A stretch of DNA of 63,805 bases, the filler included, from Klebsormidium nitens (Eukaryota > Plantae > Klebsormidiophyceae): the NCBI GenBank assembly GCA_000708835.1. It is 10 parts of 10 records of this genome, joined end to end, with 100 filler letters (N's around TTAATTAATTAA, not from the genome) between each part and the next. Parts side by side here need not be neighbours in the genome. Positions count along the whole stretch, not along the records: positions 8,025 to 13,252 come from DF238443.1; positions 13,353 to 25,058 come from DF237991.1; 8 more parts are not named here. The stretch is one strand, 5' to 3'. Positions 11,001-23,084 of the stretch are shown piece after piece; position 1 is the stretch's first letter; each line of letters starts with the position of its first letter. The notes below the pieces were generated by a model. It did not search any database, was not told where the DNA came from, and saw nothing but the letters and a program-made list of their open reading frames with translations. A program made the position numbers and the translations under genes.

Positions 11001-13252
11001 TGCCACCGATCAGCAGAAGCTTTGCTGCAAAACGAACGCAATAATGGTCAAACAAGCCAGACCGACCATTCGGGTCATAAAGAAGCAAGTGGCATGCACG
11101 CGTTTGTTCAAAGGACCACACCCTGTCAAAGATTATAAGGAAACCCGCTCTCAGCACTGTAAGGCCATGTGCAAGGTGTGGTCCAGCAAATCAGACCGGC
11201 CATCCGGTCATGGACCACACCTTGTCAATGATTTTTAGGAACTCTGTTCGTTTGCTAGCAAGAGCCATCTGCAAGGTGTGGTCCAACCTTTCCGTGAGTC
11301 AGACACGCCGTACAGGCCATTTAGACGAATGTGGCAAGCGGGTTCGGCCTTTGGACCGCACCTCATCAAAGATTATATGGGAAGCTACTCTTAGCACTCC
11401 CAGACCTTGAGCAACGTGTAGTCCAGCGAGTCAAAAAAGTCCGTCAATTCGGTCACGGACCACACCTTGTCAATGATTACAAGGAAACCTACTTTAGCAC
11501 TCATAAGCCAGCTGCAAGGTGTGGTCCAGCAAGCCAGGCCGATCATTCAGGTCGTGAAGAAGTGGATGGTACACACTATCGTCAATTGGACCACACTTGT
11601 CATAATAAATACGGAATCCCACTCTGCTCGGCGCAGTTTTCAAGGTGTGGTCCAGCAAGGTTGACTGGTCATCCGGGTACGGCCCAAGCTTTGCGGGCGC
11701 TTTCTTTCATGTACACGAACGTCAAAAGACGGGCAGCTACAAGCAGGAGATTGAAACTACTTTCGAGCCGTGACTCACCGATCAGGTTCCTGCTCTTGGG
11801 AGTCGCATCCCAGCAGAAACTGTCACGCTGATATCCGTCGCATACTGGAAACAAGGGGCAAAATGAGTCTAGTCGGCACGTGAGCCTCCGGGCAAGCTTC
11901 GCAGCGACCTTTTAGATGTAAGCATCGACCTCACTTGGTTTCAAGCTTGACAAGGATCTTTCAGGGTGTTGCTGTAGAGATGAACTTCCAGAATCAGGAC
12001 AGACCAAGCCTAATTCAAGCAAAGAGTTGTCAAAAACAAGGTTAGATCGTGCACGGGTCTAACGAACAAGAGGCAGCTTGCTTGCCCTTTGCCTGTGAAA
12101 TCTCACCGTGTTCCCTCCTCAGCTCCGTGTCCTCGTCAAGCGCCTGCGCCAGCTCTGCCTTCGCCTTGCGCACTTCGCAAACACGTGCCCACTCTGTGAA
12201 ACAAGCACGAAGCACATGTCTTTGCAACGAGTGCTCAAATGCAGAACGATTGCGCGCTTGTGGACGACAGCCAACATGCATACAAAACTCGCATGGTTGC
12301 AGCTGGCACAATGATTCGAGAGCCAAGTAACTGATGCAGAGCCGGCACCATGACTGGTGGGTAGGGCTCACCTGCCCGAGTCTTCTCCAACTCGAAGCAG
12401 CCAGGATTGCCAGGATTCTTTTGCTCATAATGCTTCTTGCAGAAGCACTCGAAGCCGCCCCCTACCTTGCCCCCCCGCCGCGCAAAGATCGCGGGAGAGC
12501 TGCAGTGTTTGCAGAGGAGGCCGTATGGAACTGCAAGAAAAGCACGGAGAGTTGAAGTCACGATCGGATGCAAGTGAAACACTGCAACTCACGTGGGTGT
12601 AGAGGCTCGCCCTCTCATGTCCCAGGCCATGCTGTGCACGCGAGCGCTTGGAAATCCAGTGCAATCGCAAAAGCTGAAGACTCAAGTGTCCCCCAAGCCC
12701 CAAAACTGACTTCTGCAAACGCCTAGTTGGGTGCTCTGCTAGCTCGATCAAGGTATCGCTCGGGACTCACCCTTGTCCCCAAAGAGGTAGGTGGCCAGTT
12801 CCTCTCTTGCTTCCCTCGCTTTCCTTGATGCGCCACCAGCTGGGGACCAGGCCTGCTTTGTGGCCGCTCGGCTCGGGTGCGCTCGGCTTGCGGCAGTCTT
12901 GTGAGCTCCACGGGAGGCGCTTGCTGGTCGCCGCAGCCCCTCCAGGTGGGCCTGCGTGATCAAAGTCAAGACTTCTTTTAAGCCCTGTTCCAGGCCCGCG
13001 TCTGCAGTGCCCGCGAGCGCCTTGAGACCAGCCATCGCCGCGCGCAGGCTCCCATCCCAGGCAGCCCTCGACCAGAAGAGGCCTGCAGCCCCGAGCTCCT
13101 CGCGAGCGCGCTGGCACAGGGTCCCCGCCACCTTCCGATAAATGCGGTGGCCTCTGTTCGAGTTGGTGAGAAAGCCGCGCGACGCGCTCGCCACGAGCGC
13201 TCTGATGGGTAACGGCGGGAGAGCATCATTGCAGAATGCGCCAGATGTGTCC
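8040..13252 (-). CDS. Probable multi-exon gene or pseudogene of unknown function (Cys/His motif exon, coiled-coil, Ser/Asp/Glu-rich tail)
   Basis: Exon-like blocks with GT/AG ends at about 13250-12770, 12530-12365, 12200-12090, 11850-11775, 9970-9610, 9420-9310 and 8970-8040. Contains CKHC...RRGGKVGGGFECFCKKH. The full splice model was not resolved. Confidence 0.35.
10061..10500 (+). repeat. Degenerate tandem array, ~135-bp unit, about 3.5 copies
   Basis: TGGCCGGT(C/A)TGA recurs at about 10061, 10196, 10329 and 10483; units contain TGGACCACAC and GTGTGGTCCA. Confidence 0.85.
11045..11680 (-). repeat. Inverted, more degenerate copy of the 10061-10500 array (about 5 units)
   Basis: CAGACCGGCCATCCGG (11192) is the reverse complement of CCGGGATGGCCGGTCTG; GCAAGGTGTGGTCCAGC recurs. 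Confidence 0.8.
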
Positions 13253-13352
13253 NNNNNNNNNNNNNNNNNNNNNNNNNNNNNNNNNNNNNNNNNNNNTTAA
13301 TTAATTAANNNNNNNNNNNNNNNNNNNNNNNNNNNNNNNNNNNNNNNNNNNN

Positions 13353-13535
13353 AATCATAGCCATCGATATCCTCATCTACGGCTCCATATCGGCGGCCCT
13401 CTCAACCGCCTAACCTCCAAGGTTAACCGCCTAACCGCTGTGCACGCACACCGGCGCTCACTAGTTCAAACCCTAACTCGGTCCGAACCCTAATCACGGA
13501 GTAATCCGGCTGACCATAATCACCGGATTCTAACA
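13353..13535 (-). mobile_element. LTR fragment, family C
   Basis: Matches the right half of 17640-18136 and ends ...CCGGATTCTAACA. A further degenerate fragment lies at about 14660-14890. Confidence 0.7.
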
Positions 13536-15331
13536 AGGATTATCGCGGCACCGTTACAGACGGCGCGAGAGTCCTACGGGGAGCCAAATCGAGGCCGCGA
13601 GTCTCAGTTTTCGATTCGATACCGCTAGTTTGAAAATTACTCAACGGTACTATCCGGGGCGCCGCGCATACGGTAGCAAGGTACAAGTGGGTAGCCTACT
13701 CAGGAGTAAGGAAGTATCTGCTTTCTGTACCTAGTACCCGTAAGAACGGTAGATAGATACCGACCGGTACCTCGCTTACCCACCTATTTTACCTGTAGCA
13801 ATCAGGACCGGTGTGGGTTATACCACGAGAAATAGGCACCTACATGACATGGGCATCAACAGTACGCCGGTACCCCATTGAACCTGTACGACATAGGTAC
13901 CGTAGGTACCTACATGTCAAAATTGGGTAATACGGTAAACCGACTCGATAACCGCTCTGGGAGAGCTACAGGTATACAGAATATGGGTAGTAAAAGGGGC
14001 TGGGCCCTGGGTTAGCATTTCACTGTGCATGCGAATTTCATGGTACCAACTCGGATATCCGGTGGGTACTCCCTTATAATTGCGGTACTCGAGAGTCACT
14101 GCACGATTGCAGAGTCCAGACCGTACTAAGGCGGACCGACGGTACCTACTCGCGAGTCGGCAAGCCTTAGCACAGTACATACCACTTTCCGATCAGGCGT
14201 CAACCGGGCGGGTTTGGCCACGGCCCACTTCATCCTCTCCCCAAAGCTATATGGAGGAGGGGCTTTGTGTAATTTTCATGGGGCGCCTTCAACATGGAGG
14301 ACCTTTTCAAAAGCCGCATGAACAACCACTTCTGGGGGTATACTTTTAATGGCGCTTTGTGTTTATGCTCAGAACACCCCATACAGAATGCGTGTAAATT
14401 TCCACAGGTGTATATCTCTTTAAAAGATTTCTGGCGTGACGTCAAGTTGGTACTTCATCAGGTGAATCCCTATATTACCCCGAGATATCCGGGGATCCTC
14501 TAAATATTGCTCGTTCCGACCCCCGGCGACCCTAGGACGCAACCGAGGGATCCCCGTGAGATTTTGGAAGTACTCAGGGGGTGTACGGGTTAATCCCGGG
14601 TCCGTCGTGCAACCGATCGACGGTATGTCCGAATACACGACGCTCTAATTAAGCATCGTAGCTACCTCGTGCCCTTCCACTAGGTTTAGCAGCCAACTAG
14701 GCTCTTCTAGCCTCATTCTCACACTAGTAGGCTCCTTGAGCCTAGCTGGCAGTCACTCAATCGTAGTCTTTGATACTTTGATTTACGTCTTTACACTGAC
14801 GGCGATCTCTCAGTCGCCTAACCTTCAAACTGCCTAATCTAAACGCCTAACCGCCGCACACGCACGCCTGCGCTCACGCATTTAAATCCTATGGCTGGAA
14901 AAGATGTTGTGGTATATGAGCATTGCATCATTGAGCAGCAAATTTGAAAGCTGATTTTGCTAAGAGTCGAACTGCTTAGCAAGTGCAGAGCCTCTCAAGG
15001 CTCGTGCATATGGATGTGTGCGGGTGACGTAAAAGGGAAACGTAGGTACTTGTTTTCTTGACGGCTATAGCAAGCTTTGGTGGTGCAACCGATGAAGCAA
15101 ATGAGCGGCATCATGGGGGTCACAGAGAGCGTGGTTTTTTGCTTTAATTTGCAGCCAGAGACGAAGTGAAGGCGATGCAAACAGATTGAATTAAAGAGTA
15201 CTTTTAGCAAAGGAAAGGACAGCCTTCGTCGTGAGAAGAGGGACGGTGCAGCGGACCCTGGCAAGGCAGAGTTCCAAACATTCTGGTTTGGCGGAACGTT
15301 TGAACCTGACGCTCGAAAGAAAAGCAAGGAT

Positions 15332-15846
15332 TGTTCACATACAAATCAGGGTCTAATCACCCTCACACATCAGCGCCTTCACAAAGGAGCGCCTTTCCTT
15401 CGTCAAGCATCTCTTACCACGGTCATCCATCACATCAAAACGGTACAAGTTCCTCTAACCGTAGCGAAATGTTTCCACCGCTTGGCCGGATCTACTTTAC
15501 CATCCACTGATTGACTTAAGTAAATAACTCCTTTCCATAAACCGGTTGGTCTACCGTTTACAACACGAGTCAATTCGGCCTTGTGAACGGAGCACCATAC
15601 TACTAGGGGTCGGAAGTGACATACCATTATGAAGATCATACTACTCAAGTGAGCTCAAATTCGAACGATTGACACGCAATCCGACGGTTGATACGTAATG
15701 ACACAGATTCGTAATCTACGATCGATATGTGACGATGCAAATCACGATCCTACGGTCAATATTACATCAGGAAACTCCCAATTTTAACGTCTCAAATCTG
15801 TCGAGCTTGGCTGAGTTTGGCCGTCGGTCAATTCTGATTGTCAACA
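15332..15846. mobile_element. Degenerate solo LTR, family B
   Basis: TGTTCACA...TGTCAACA termini; internal similarity to 16271-16859 and 20936-21515. Confidence 0.55.
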
Positions 15847-16002
15847 CGAATTCGCTAGAGGATGCTGAGTTGGAGCCGATGTTGTGGGCGGAAGCAATGG
15901 TTGCCGCTAAATACAATCGAAACCGGGTTCCCTCGAGCGTGCACGGCAAGATCCCATGGAAGATGTTCTACATAGAGTAGCCAAACCTCAGCTACTTGTG
16001 GG

Positions 16003-16235
16003 CACGGGGTGGCAACTCAGGTTTAAAACTTGCCGTGTTCTACTTTTAGAAACGGTATAAAATGAAAAGCGCTAAAGTTTTACACGTAACCAACCGATAA
16101 AGCTCGTCAAGAGGCGCCTAAAACACCCCTTATTTTAATAAACGTTTTATAACCATTTTGAAGCGGGCGAATCAAGCAAAACGGGGTGTTTTACTCCGAC
16201 ATGACATGTTTAAAAACGGTAGTTGCCACCCCGTA
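16003..16235. mobile_element. hAT-type MITE, 233 bp
   Basis: TIRs CACGGGGTGGCAACT / AGTTGCCACCCCGTA and 8-bp TSD CTTGTGGG / CTTGCGGG (1 mismatch). Excision restores the integrase frame. Confidence 0.85.
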
Positions 16236-16270
16236 CTTGCGGGTTTTTGGAGCATGGGCCTACATCCACG

Positions 16271-16859
16271 TCTTGAAACAATCCACTCGTGCTTGTCACA
16301 AGCTAGGGTCTAGCCACCTCGGAAATAAGCGTCTTCGCAAAGAAGCTCTTTTTCCTTCTAAGCATAGCTTATATTGAATGACATCACATCACATCACATC
16401 ACATCACATCACATCACAATCGTCCAAGTCACTCCAAAGTCGTAGCTAAATGTACTCTTGCCTGGTAGCCTAGCTCGGATTTACTTCCACCATCCACCAG
16501 TTGGTTCAACTATATGGAATCTTTTCTATCAACTGGTCACTCTATCACTCACGATACGACCTTTATTCCACTCGGACCGTGGCACTTTACTACTAGTAAT
16601 CGGTAGTACCGTATGACTAGTGGTCGGGGTACTATACTACCTGGGTCAACTTATATTTTACGATCGAGAGTCCGAGTCAACACGCAATTCGACGGTCGAC
16701 ACTTAACGACAACACAAACCTCTGATTGTATGGTCAATATCACACGACACAAACCACGATCCTACGGTCGATATTACACGGCACAACTCACGACCCTACG
16801 GCTCAAATTTATCGAGCTCAATCAACTATTTGGCCGTCAACCAACACCGAATCTCAACA
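16271..16859 (-). mobile_element. 3' LTR, family B, with PPT at 16860-16868
   Basis: Ends ATCTCAACA followed by CTCCCAAGC (PPT GCTTGGGAG on minus strand). Contains an (ACATC)n expansion at about 16381-16418. Confidence 0.75.
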
Positions 16860-16869
16860 CTCCCAAGCG

Positions 16870-17560
16870 GACAAATTGTAATTGTTTGTCGCCCTGTCCA
16901 ACGCCATCACCGGCTTCGGCTCCTTCAAAGCTATCTCCACCCCTGCTCAACGCCTTCCACTAGAGTACCCACGGCTTCCGCTGCGGCTCCCACAGCTTCC
17001 ATTGCGCCGTGCTCTGCCGTCTCCGTCGGGGTCTCCTTGTCCACCGGGTGGGCCTCTTCCTCCTCGTTGTCCGAGTCAAGGGCCACCCCAATGTACTTGA
17101 CGGGCTTCACCTCCTCTCGCTTGTTTACCACTTGAGGCTTCTTTACCGCCATTTCGATCCGACGCTCCACTCGGCCGGCCCCTTGACCGCCAAAAATGCT
17201 CGTCTTCTTCACCGTTGCAATCTCCCACAACCCGCCGTGCTGTACCGCCTCCGTTCTCACCACGCCTTCCGTCTCGAACCGATCAATTCCCTTTTCAAGG
17301 GAAACCCTTGGACCCGCCTTTGTTGCTCTAAGCATACCAAACAAGTTCGCTATTGCTCCCGGAACGTGCCAAACCTCGTTCAAAGTTACCGTGCTTGCAC
17401 CGTTCGGCATTCACACACGGCTGTCCCGGTTTCCACGGCCGTCAAGGCCTGTTTCCCAAGCCTTTGATCCTCTCGGTACGTGCAAGCGTCTCGTAGCTTG
17501 CGAATTGGCTCTTCTTCGCCGTGATGTGTAAGATGAGGAGAGGAGTGCTCGTGGCCCTAG
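16870..17560 (-). pseudogene. Copia protease-to-pre-integrase segment with acidic tail, no IN/RT
   Basis: TVTLNEVWHVPGAIANLF...GGLWEIATVKK followed by LDSDNEEEE; parallels the 18600-19100 region of the neighbouring element. Confidence 0.7.
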
Positions 17561-17639
17561 TCGTCTGAGCCCCCCCGATTCGGATTGGTGTAGGAGCTAC
17601 ACGGGGGACTCCCGACACTCGGCCCGGGGTAGAGGCTAC

Positions 17640-20600
17640 TATTGAAACTCATGGTGGGGGGTCGTAGTGTAGTTGAGTTACTCGTCATCGGGTTTTATTG
17701 TGTTGCCCGGCACCCATGCTCATCTCTCATTGACGGCATCCATGCATCCTAAGAACACACGAAACGCCTCACAAGCGGCTTCCTTCTCCACACACTCTTT
17801 TAGAATGATGTATCACATCAGTGGTTTCCACCACTATATGTCTTAAGGGTCTCTCCCGTTCCACTAGGCTCACTAGAGTACTAGGCTCACAGAGTACTAC
17901 GTCACAAACTACTAGGCTCACTAGCCTTGCTCACAATCACAGTCAATCTTAGCCTTCGATATCCTCATCTACGGCAAACACTGACGGCCGCTCTCAACCG
18001 CCTAACCTCCAAACCGCCTAACCGTTTAACCGTCTTACCGCCGTACACGCACGCCGGCGCTCATTGGTCCAAACCCGAATTCGGGCCGAACCCTAACACA
18101 TAGTAATTCGGCTGACTATATCACCGAATTCTAACACTCCCACTCAGACGGATTACTCTAAGCCCTAAGTCATCCCGCTCCTCTTGCGGACTGTCTTTTT
18201 CGCCTTTGGTGTCACCCACACGCCTCCACTCTCGCCACCTCCGCTCTCTTGGTAGCGCACTGCGTCGCTCATCTCCAACGACGTTTGCTCCACTCCGTGC
18301 TCCAAATCTTTGGCTCCCACGTTTTCCGTTGCTGCTCCAACATTTGCCCGATACCACTCGGCGGGCCCCCGTTGCACTGTCGTTTGATATCTTCCCAACT
18401 CTTGGGACTCCACCACAGGCTTCTCCACACTAGCGGGCTTGCTCTGTACTGCCGTCTCTGGGCTCGTCTTGCCCTTTGTAATCTCCTCGGACACCTCCAC
18501 AAGTTCGCAAACAACTTCCACAATCGGCCCACATTGGCCCCTTCTTTATCTATGCGCGTGGCGCGGCCGCAGACCGTCGAGAGCGCGTGCGCGACTCCTT
18601 CGCGCATCACTCAAGCTCCTTTTCGACCATTTTTGAACATGTGCGCGGCCCTTCGTCCGCCCCCATGAAAGTTCCCCACTCTCGTTCAACGCCCCTATTC
18701 TCGTCGTCCGACTCGTCTAGGTCGATCTCCACGACCTTCACCGTCTTTTTCACCACGCTTTTCGCTCTTACCGGCCTCTTTGCTGTGGCGTACACCCTGT
18801 TCCTCTTGATTTGACCCCTCGCAAGAAATGCCCTCTGCTTCCCCACGGTCCCAATCTCCCACAGTCCTCCACGCTTCCATGCGGACCACATTGTCCGTCT
18901 CGATTTACGCGGTTCTCACCTCCAGCACCACTCGTGCTCTAGCGACAGTTGCTTCAATTAGCGAGAACAGACTCGCCTGTGCCCTCAGAGGATGCCCGAC
19001 TTCCCTCAAGGTTACCATACTCACACCGCTCGGGGTCTTAAACTTAAGTTCACTTCTCTCATGCCTACCGCAATCAGAGACTCACCACAGTTCCCCACAA
19101 TCTTCTCGTTCCGCACAAGCTCACAGCTCGTCAACTGGCTGCGATCGGCCATTGACATCCTGGGTGCTGCCCAAATCCACACCCCTTTGCGCACATCCCC
19201 GTCTTCGCCCCACACCGTAAAGGCTACTCCGTAGGCATCCCCCGCAAACTCTTTCTCCTCTGTGCGGCCACTTGGCGCGCGCTCTGCCTACACACTGCCT
19301 CTGTGTGGCCCCTCTTGCGGCACTTGCGATACTCGGCATCGCGCATCCTGCACTTTGTCTTCATGTCGCCCACTTTGCCACAACAATAGCGGGTTGGCGG
19401 GTTTGAGCTCCCGCCTCTCACCTTCGAGCTTCTCTCCAGCTCGTTGGAGCTTCCCCAGCCCTTCTATGAGCTCGAGTAGCCCCTATGTATGGCGGCATAT
19501 GCCACCGCTCCATCTCCACCCGAAGTTCCCTCCAAGGACCCCGCTTCAGCCCTCAACTTTAGCTTTTGCTCTCTTTGCATTAGCTTTGGCTGGATCACAT
19601 CTAGGGTTAGCTCCTCTTCTTCGAGCTCCAAACTTCCACAGGAGTGGCATACTCCACTGCCAAAACTTCCAAGGCGTGCACGGCCAGCTCACCACCTTAA
19701 AGGGTTTGCCCCGCCGCCTTTGAATCTATTTTGAGCTCCCGGCATTGCTATGATACTCTGCAATGGCTTTCCTCTTGGTCAACCTTAGACCCGTCAGCTT
19801 CCTCCTGAGCTGAATCATGCGCGCTTTGCTCCTCTTCTCAAAAATGTCCACCAAATTCTTCCACGCTTTTGCTGCAGTGGATCACCCTCACTTAACTTCA
19901 CATATGCATCTTCCGTGTGAATCAGCTTGCTTGGCTTGACACTTTCCTTTCTTCCAAGGACTTTGGCTCCTCTAATGCACACAGCCATCCCTTGTATGCA
20001 AGAAGTCCACGGAAATTGGCCTTCCACGTTGAGCAATCGCACCACACAATTGCGGATCGACACTTTCTCACCCCCCATGTCAACTACACTCTCCCTCGAA
20101 CACAAAGAAGCCAAATCCTCCGCTCCATTTTCCTCACATGTTCACCGTCACCGGCGCGAGCATTAAATCTCTGGCCCTCCAGACAGCGAAAATTGAATCT
20201 GTGCGCCCTCCTCACAAACAAGCGTGGTGGGCCCATAACCTATTGAGATCCATGGTAGGGAGTCGTAGTGTAATTGAGGTACTCGTCATCGGGTTTTATC
20301 GTGTTGGACGGCACCCATGCTCGACACTCCACTCATTGATGGCATCCATACATCCCGAGGAACACACGAAGCGCCTCACAAGCGGCTTCCTTTCCTCCAC
20401 AAATTTCTCTTAGAATGATGTATCACAATAGTGTTCTTCACCACTATTGTCTCACGGGTGTCTCCCGTTCCACTAGGCTCACGAGCCTACTAGGCTCACT
20501 AGCCTTAGTCACACTCTACTAGGCTCACTAGCCTAGCTCACAGTCACACTCAATCTTTGCCATCGTTTTACTCATCTACGGCTTACACTAACGGCCGCTC

Positions 20601-20745
20601 TCAACCGTTTACCCTTCAAACCGCCTAATAATTTTAGCGTCTAACCGTTGTACACGCACGTTGGCGCTCACTAGTTCAAACCCTACACGGATCAAACCCT
20701 AAATTGCATAGTAACTCGGCTGACCATAATCACCAAATTTCAACA
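17640..20745 (-). mobile_element. Two-LTR Copia-derived element with gag-protease only (non-autonomous), ~3.1 kb
   Basis: LTRs 20241-20745 and 17640-18136 (about 500 bp, family C). PBS at 20221-20240 is a perfect match to the half-tRNA-iMet site; PPT at 18137-18146. Internal region has degenerate gag (AKAWKNLVDIFEKRSKARMIQLRRKL), zinc knuckles and a protease relic, with no integrase, RT or RNase H motifs. Confidence 0.8.
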
Positions 20746-20935
20746 CTCCACCAAAGCCCGATGTTACTCTGCGGGCTCACGTCTCACTCTGGCCGGGTAT
20801 CTCGACCCTTCTGGGACTCCATAGGCTTACCAGCCTCTTGGCGCTTCACATCCGAAATATCAACTTCCAGAACCACTCTCGGATCGCTTGCGCCGAACTC
20901 ATCCACTCCCCAGGGCCAATTTCCGATACGTGCCC

Positions 20936-21515
20936 TGTTGAAATCATTCACTCATGCTTGTCACAAGCCTAAGGGTCCAACCACCCTCAAACATAAGCGC
21001 CTTCACAAAGAGGCGCCTTCCTCTCTTCAAGCATCTCTAATAGGATTGAATATCCATCACATCACAATAGTCCAAGTCACTCCGATCCCGTAGCTAGATG
21101 TACTCTAGCCTAGGTCGGGTCTACTTCCACCACCCACTAGTCGGTTCAACTATATGGACTCCTTTCCAGCAACCGATCACTCTACTACTCACAATACGGC
21201 CTATATTCCAATCGGACTTGTGACCGGGGCACTATACTACTAATGGTCGGTAGTACCGTACTACTAGTGGTCGGGTTACTGTACTACTCGAGTCCACTCA
21301 CATCTAACAATCCAAAATCCGAGTCAACACGCAATCGGACGGTCGATACTCAACGACACAAACTTCCAATTCTACCGTCGATGTTACACGCGACAAACCC
21401 CCGACAAACCACAACCCTACGGTCGATATCACACGACAAAACTCACGATCCTACGGCTCAAATCTATCGAGCCTACCTCAACAATTTGGCCGTCAATCAA
21501 CTCCGTTTCTCAACA
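20936..21515. mobile_element. Solo LTR, family B
   Basis: TGTTGAAATC...TTCTCAACA termini; homologous to 16271-16859. Confidence 0.75.
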
Positions 21516-21557
21516 TGCCCATGCACGTTCTTCATCGAATTCTGCGAGTCAATACTT

Positions 21558-22451
21558 TGTTAGATTTGGGCGCTACTACCTTTGAGTACGCCCCAATATC
21601 TTATGATATATAGTCCATAGAATCGTAAATTTGATGCCTAAGGTTGGTTGTACGATTGTGAGCTTGCACGATTGAATATCCATCGTGGGTTTTGCGAATC
21701 GTAAGCCGTAAAATTTAGTCCATTTTGCATGGGTTCTTTTGTGATGTTTGTTTCGAATAGCCGTTCGATAGGTTGTTTTCTAGGCAACGTCGATTAGGGA
21801 CCGTCGATTTTTCGATTGAAACACCTAGGGTGATAGCTAGGCTTGAGCTAGGCTATAAACCTGGACTCATATATCAAAAGAACCACACTCATTCCTAGTG
21901 CACTTGAAAGGCGCTTGCTTTCAACAGGTTATGGGCCCACGACGCTGAGGAGTGAGGGGAGAACAGTGCGCCGTTGCCAGCAACAACAATTCTAGGTTGG
22001 TGCGAAAGATTCCGGTGGGGGCTAGAGGAGTAGAGTAGCACTCCATCTTGCGATGCCTGTGACAATACCCCCAAACCACTTTCGGCCTAAAGGAGTGCCC
22101 AACTCAAGGAGCATTGTTTTTGCTAGCGGTAACCATGGCTGAAGGACTCGAGGTTTATATAGAGCTTTTAGATGTTGACGACTATACGGTGTGGTCACAG
22201 AGAATGCTGCAACTTCTCTTGACACAAAATAAGTTGTGAAAAGGGGTTACGAACCCGGCCGGTGAGGCAGAGAGGACCGTGGAAGCAAAAGCTTTGATAG
22301 GTTTGCACGTTCGGCAACAATACCTTGGGGCAATCTTAGACGCTGAGAATGCCAAGGTAGCGTGGAACGCGCTGGAAAAGACCTACTTGAGAGCAACACT
22401 GCGGCTTGGAAGTTGCAACTCCGTTATGAGTTGAGCACCCGCAAGATGCAA
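21558..22451 (+). mobile_element. gag: Truncated Copia: LTR 21558-21926, PBS 21927-21945, decayed gag from 22135
   Basis: TGTTAGA...TTTCAACA + GGTTATGGGCCCACGACGCT. Leader and gag are strongly similar to 6811-7330 but carry frameshifts. Confidence 0.85.
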
Positions 22452-23084
22452 CCCACCTACCGCAGACCTAGGCTCTAGCATTAGACTGCGGCTCTAGTTT
22501 CGTTGCCCGTCACCCTTGGTAGGCGGGTTCTTGCACTCCCAAGTTGCTCACAGCTGAGGCACTTGTGCTCCTTGATATAGCTGCAGATAGGATAGATGTT
22601 CTAGATTGAACACTCCAACACTTGGAAGAGCTTATAGGCAAGCCGTTCCTAAATGGAGTGTTGCGTTCTAAGGATTCCCTCTCCACTGATCTGGATGCTC
22701 ACGCGATTTGGATGCCGGTTTTGGCAAGGGCCTCTCTTGGCTTGATTGCAAAAGTGCAAGCGAACTAAGACAAAATTTGCCGGCTTGTATGGATGCGAGG
22801 TTGGAATCCTCTGATGGGATGTCGGCATGTGCGTTGATACCGGGATTCTATAAAGCTATTACGACTTTGTAAGGGCTAGAAACGCATCCTCGTCTTACCC
22901 TGGGGTTCTTAGGTTCCGTTTGTAACCGAATTATAGTCCACCGTTGGTCCTTGTAAATACGCAATGAGCCTGAGTGTCTTGTACCTTCCGCCCCGTTTTC
23001 AAATAGGAGAGAGTCGGGTCAAGGCGCCGACGTCTGCTTTTGATAGAGAGGTAAGGGACCCGACTTTAGCCGCTTCTAGGTTCT

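Larger units (their letters stand above)
14900..16270 (+). pseudogene. pol: Copia integrase relic interrupted by an LTR and a MITE
   Basis: LVHMDVCG (about 15003), frameshifted LDGYSKL.VVQPMKQ, LWAEAMVAAKYNRNRVPSSVHGKIPW (15880-15960), and PNLSYLRVFGAWAYIHV once the MITE is removed. Confidence 0.8.

Noticed and set aside
10061-11680. CRISPR-like array
   Set aside because: The whole unit is repeated and degenerate, with no unique spacers, no cas genes and a eukaryotic context.
13465-13495. Telomere-like AAACCCTAA motifs (also about 18090 and 20680-20700)
   Set aside because: Isolated one or two copies within family C LTRs; not a telomeric array.
20221-20240. tRNA-iMet gene
   Set aside because: Only 20 nt match, directly abutting an LTR; it is a primer-binding site.
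17635-20750. Clean nested insertion of the 17640-20745 element into a family B element
   Set aside because: Flanks GCTAC and CTCCA do not form a TSD, and the LTR at 20936 has no adjacent PBS.
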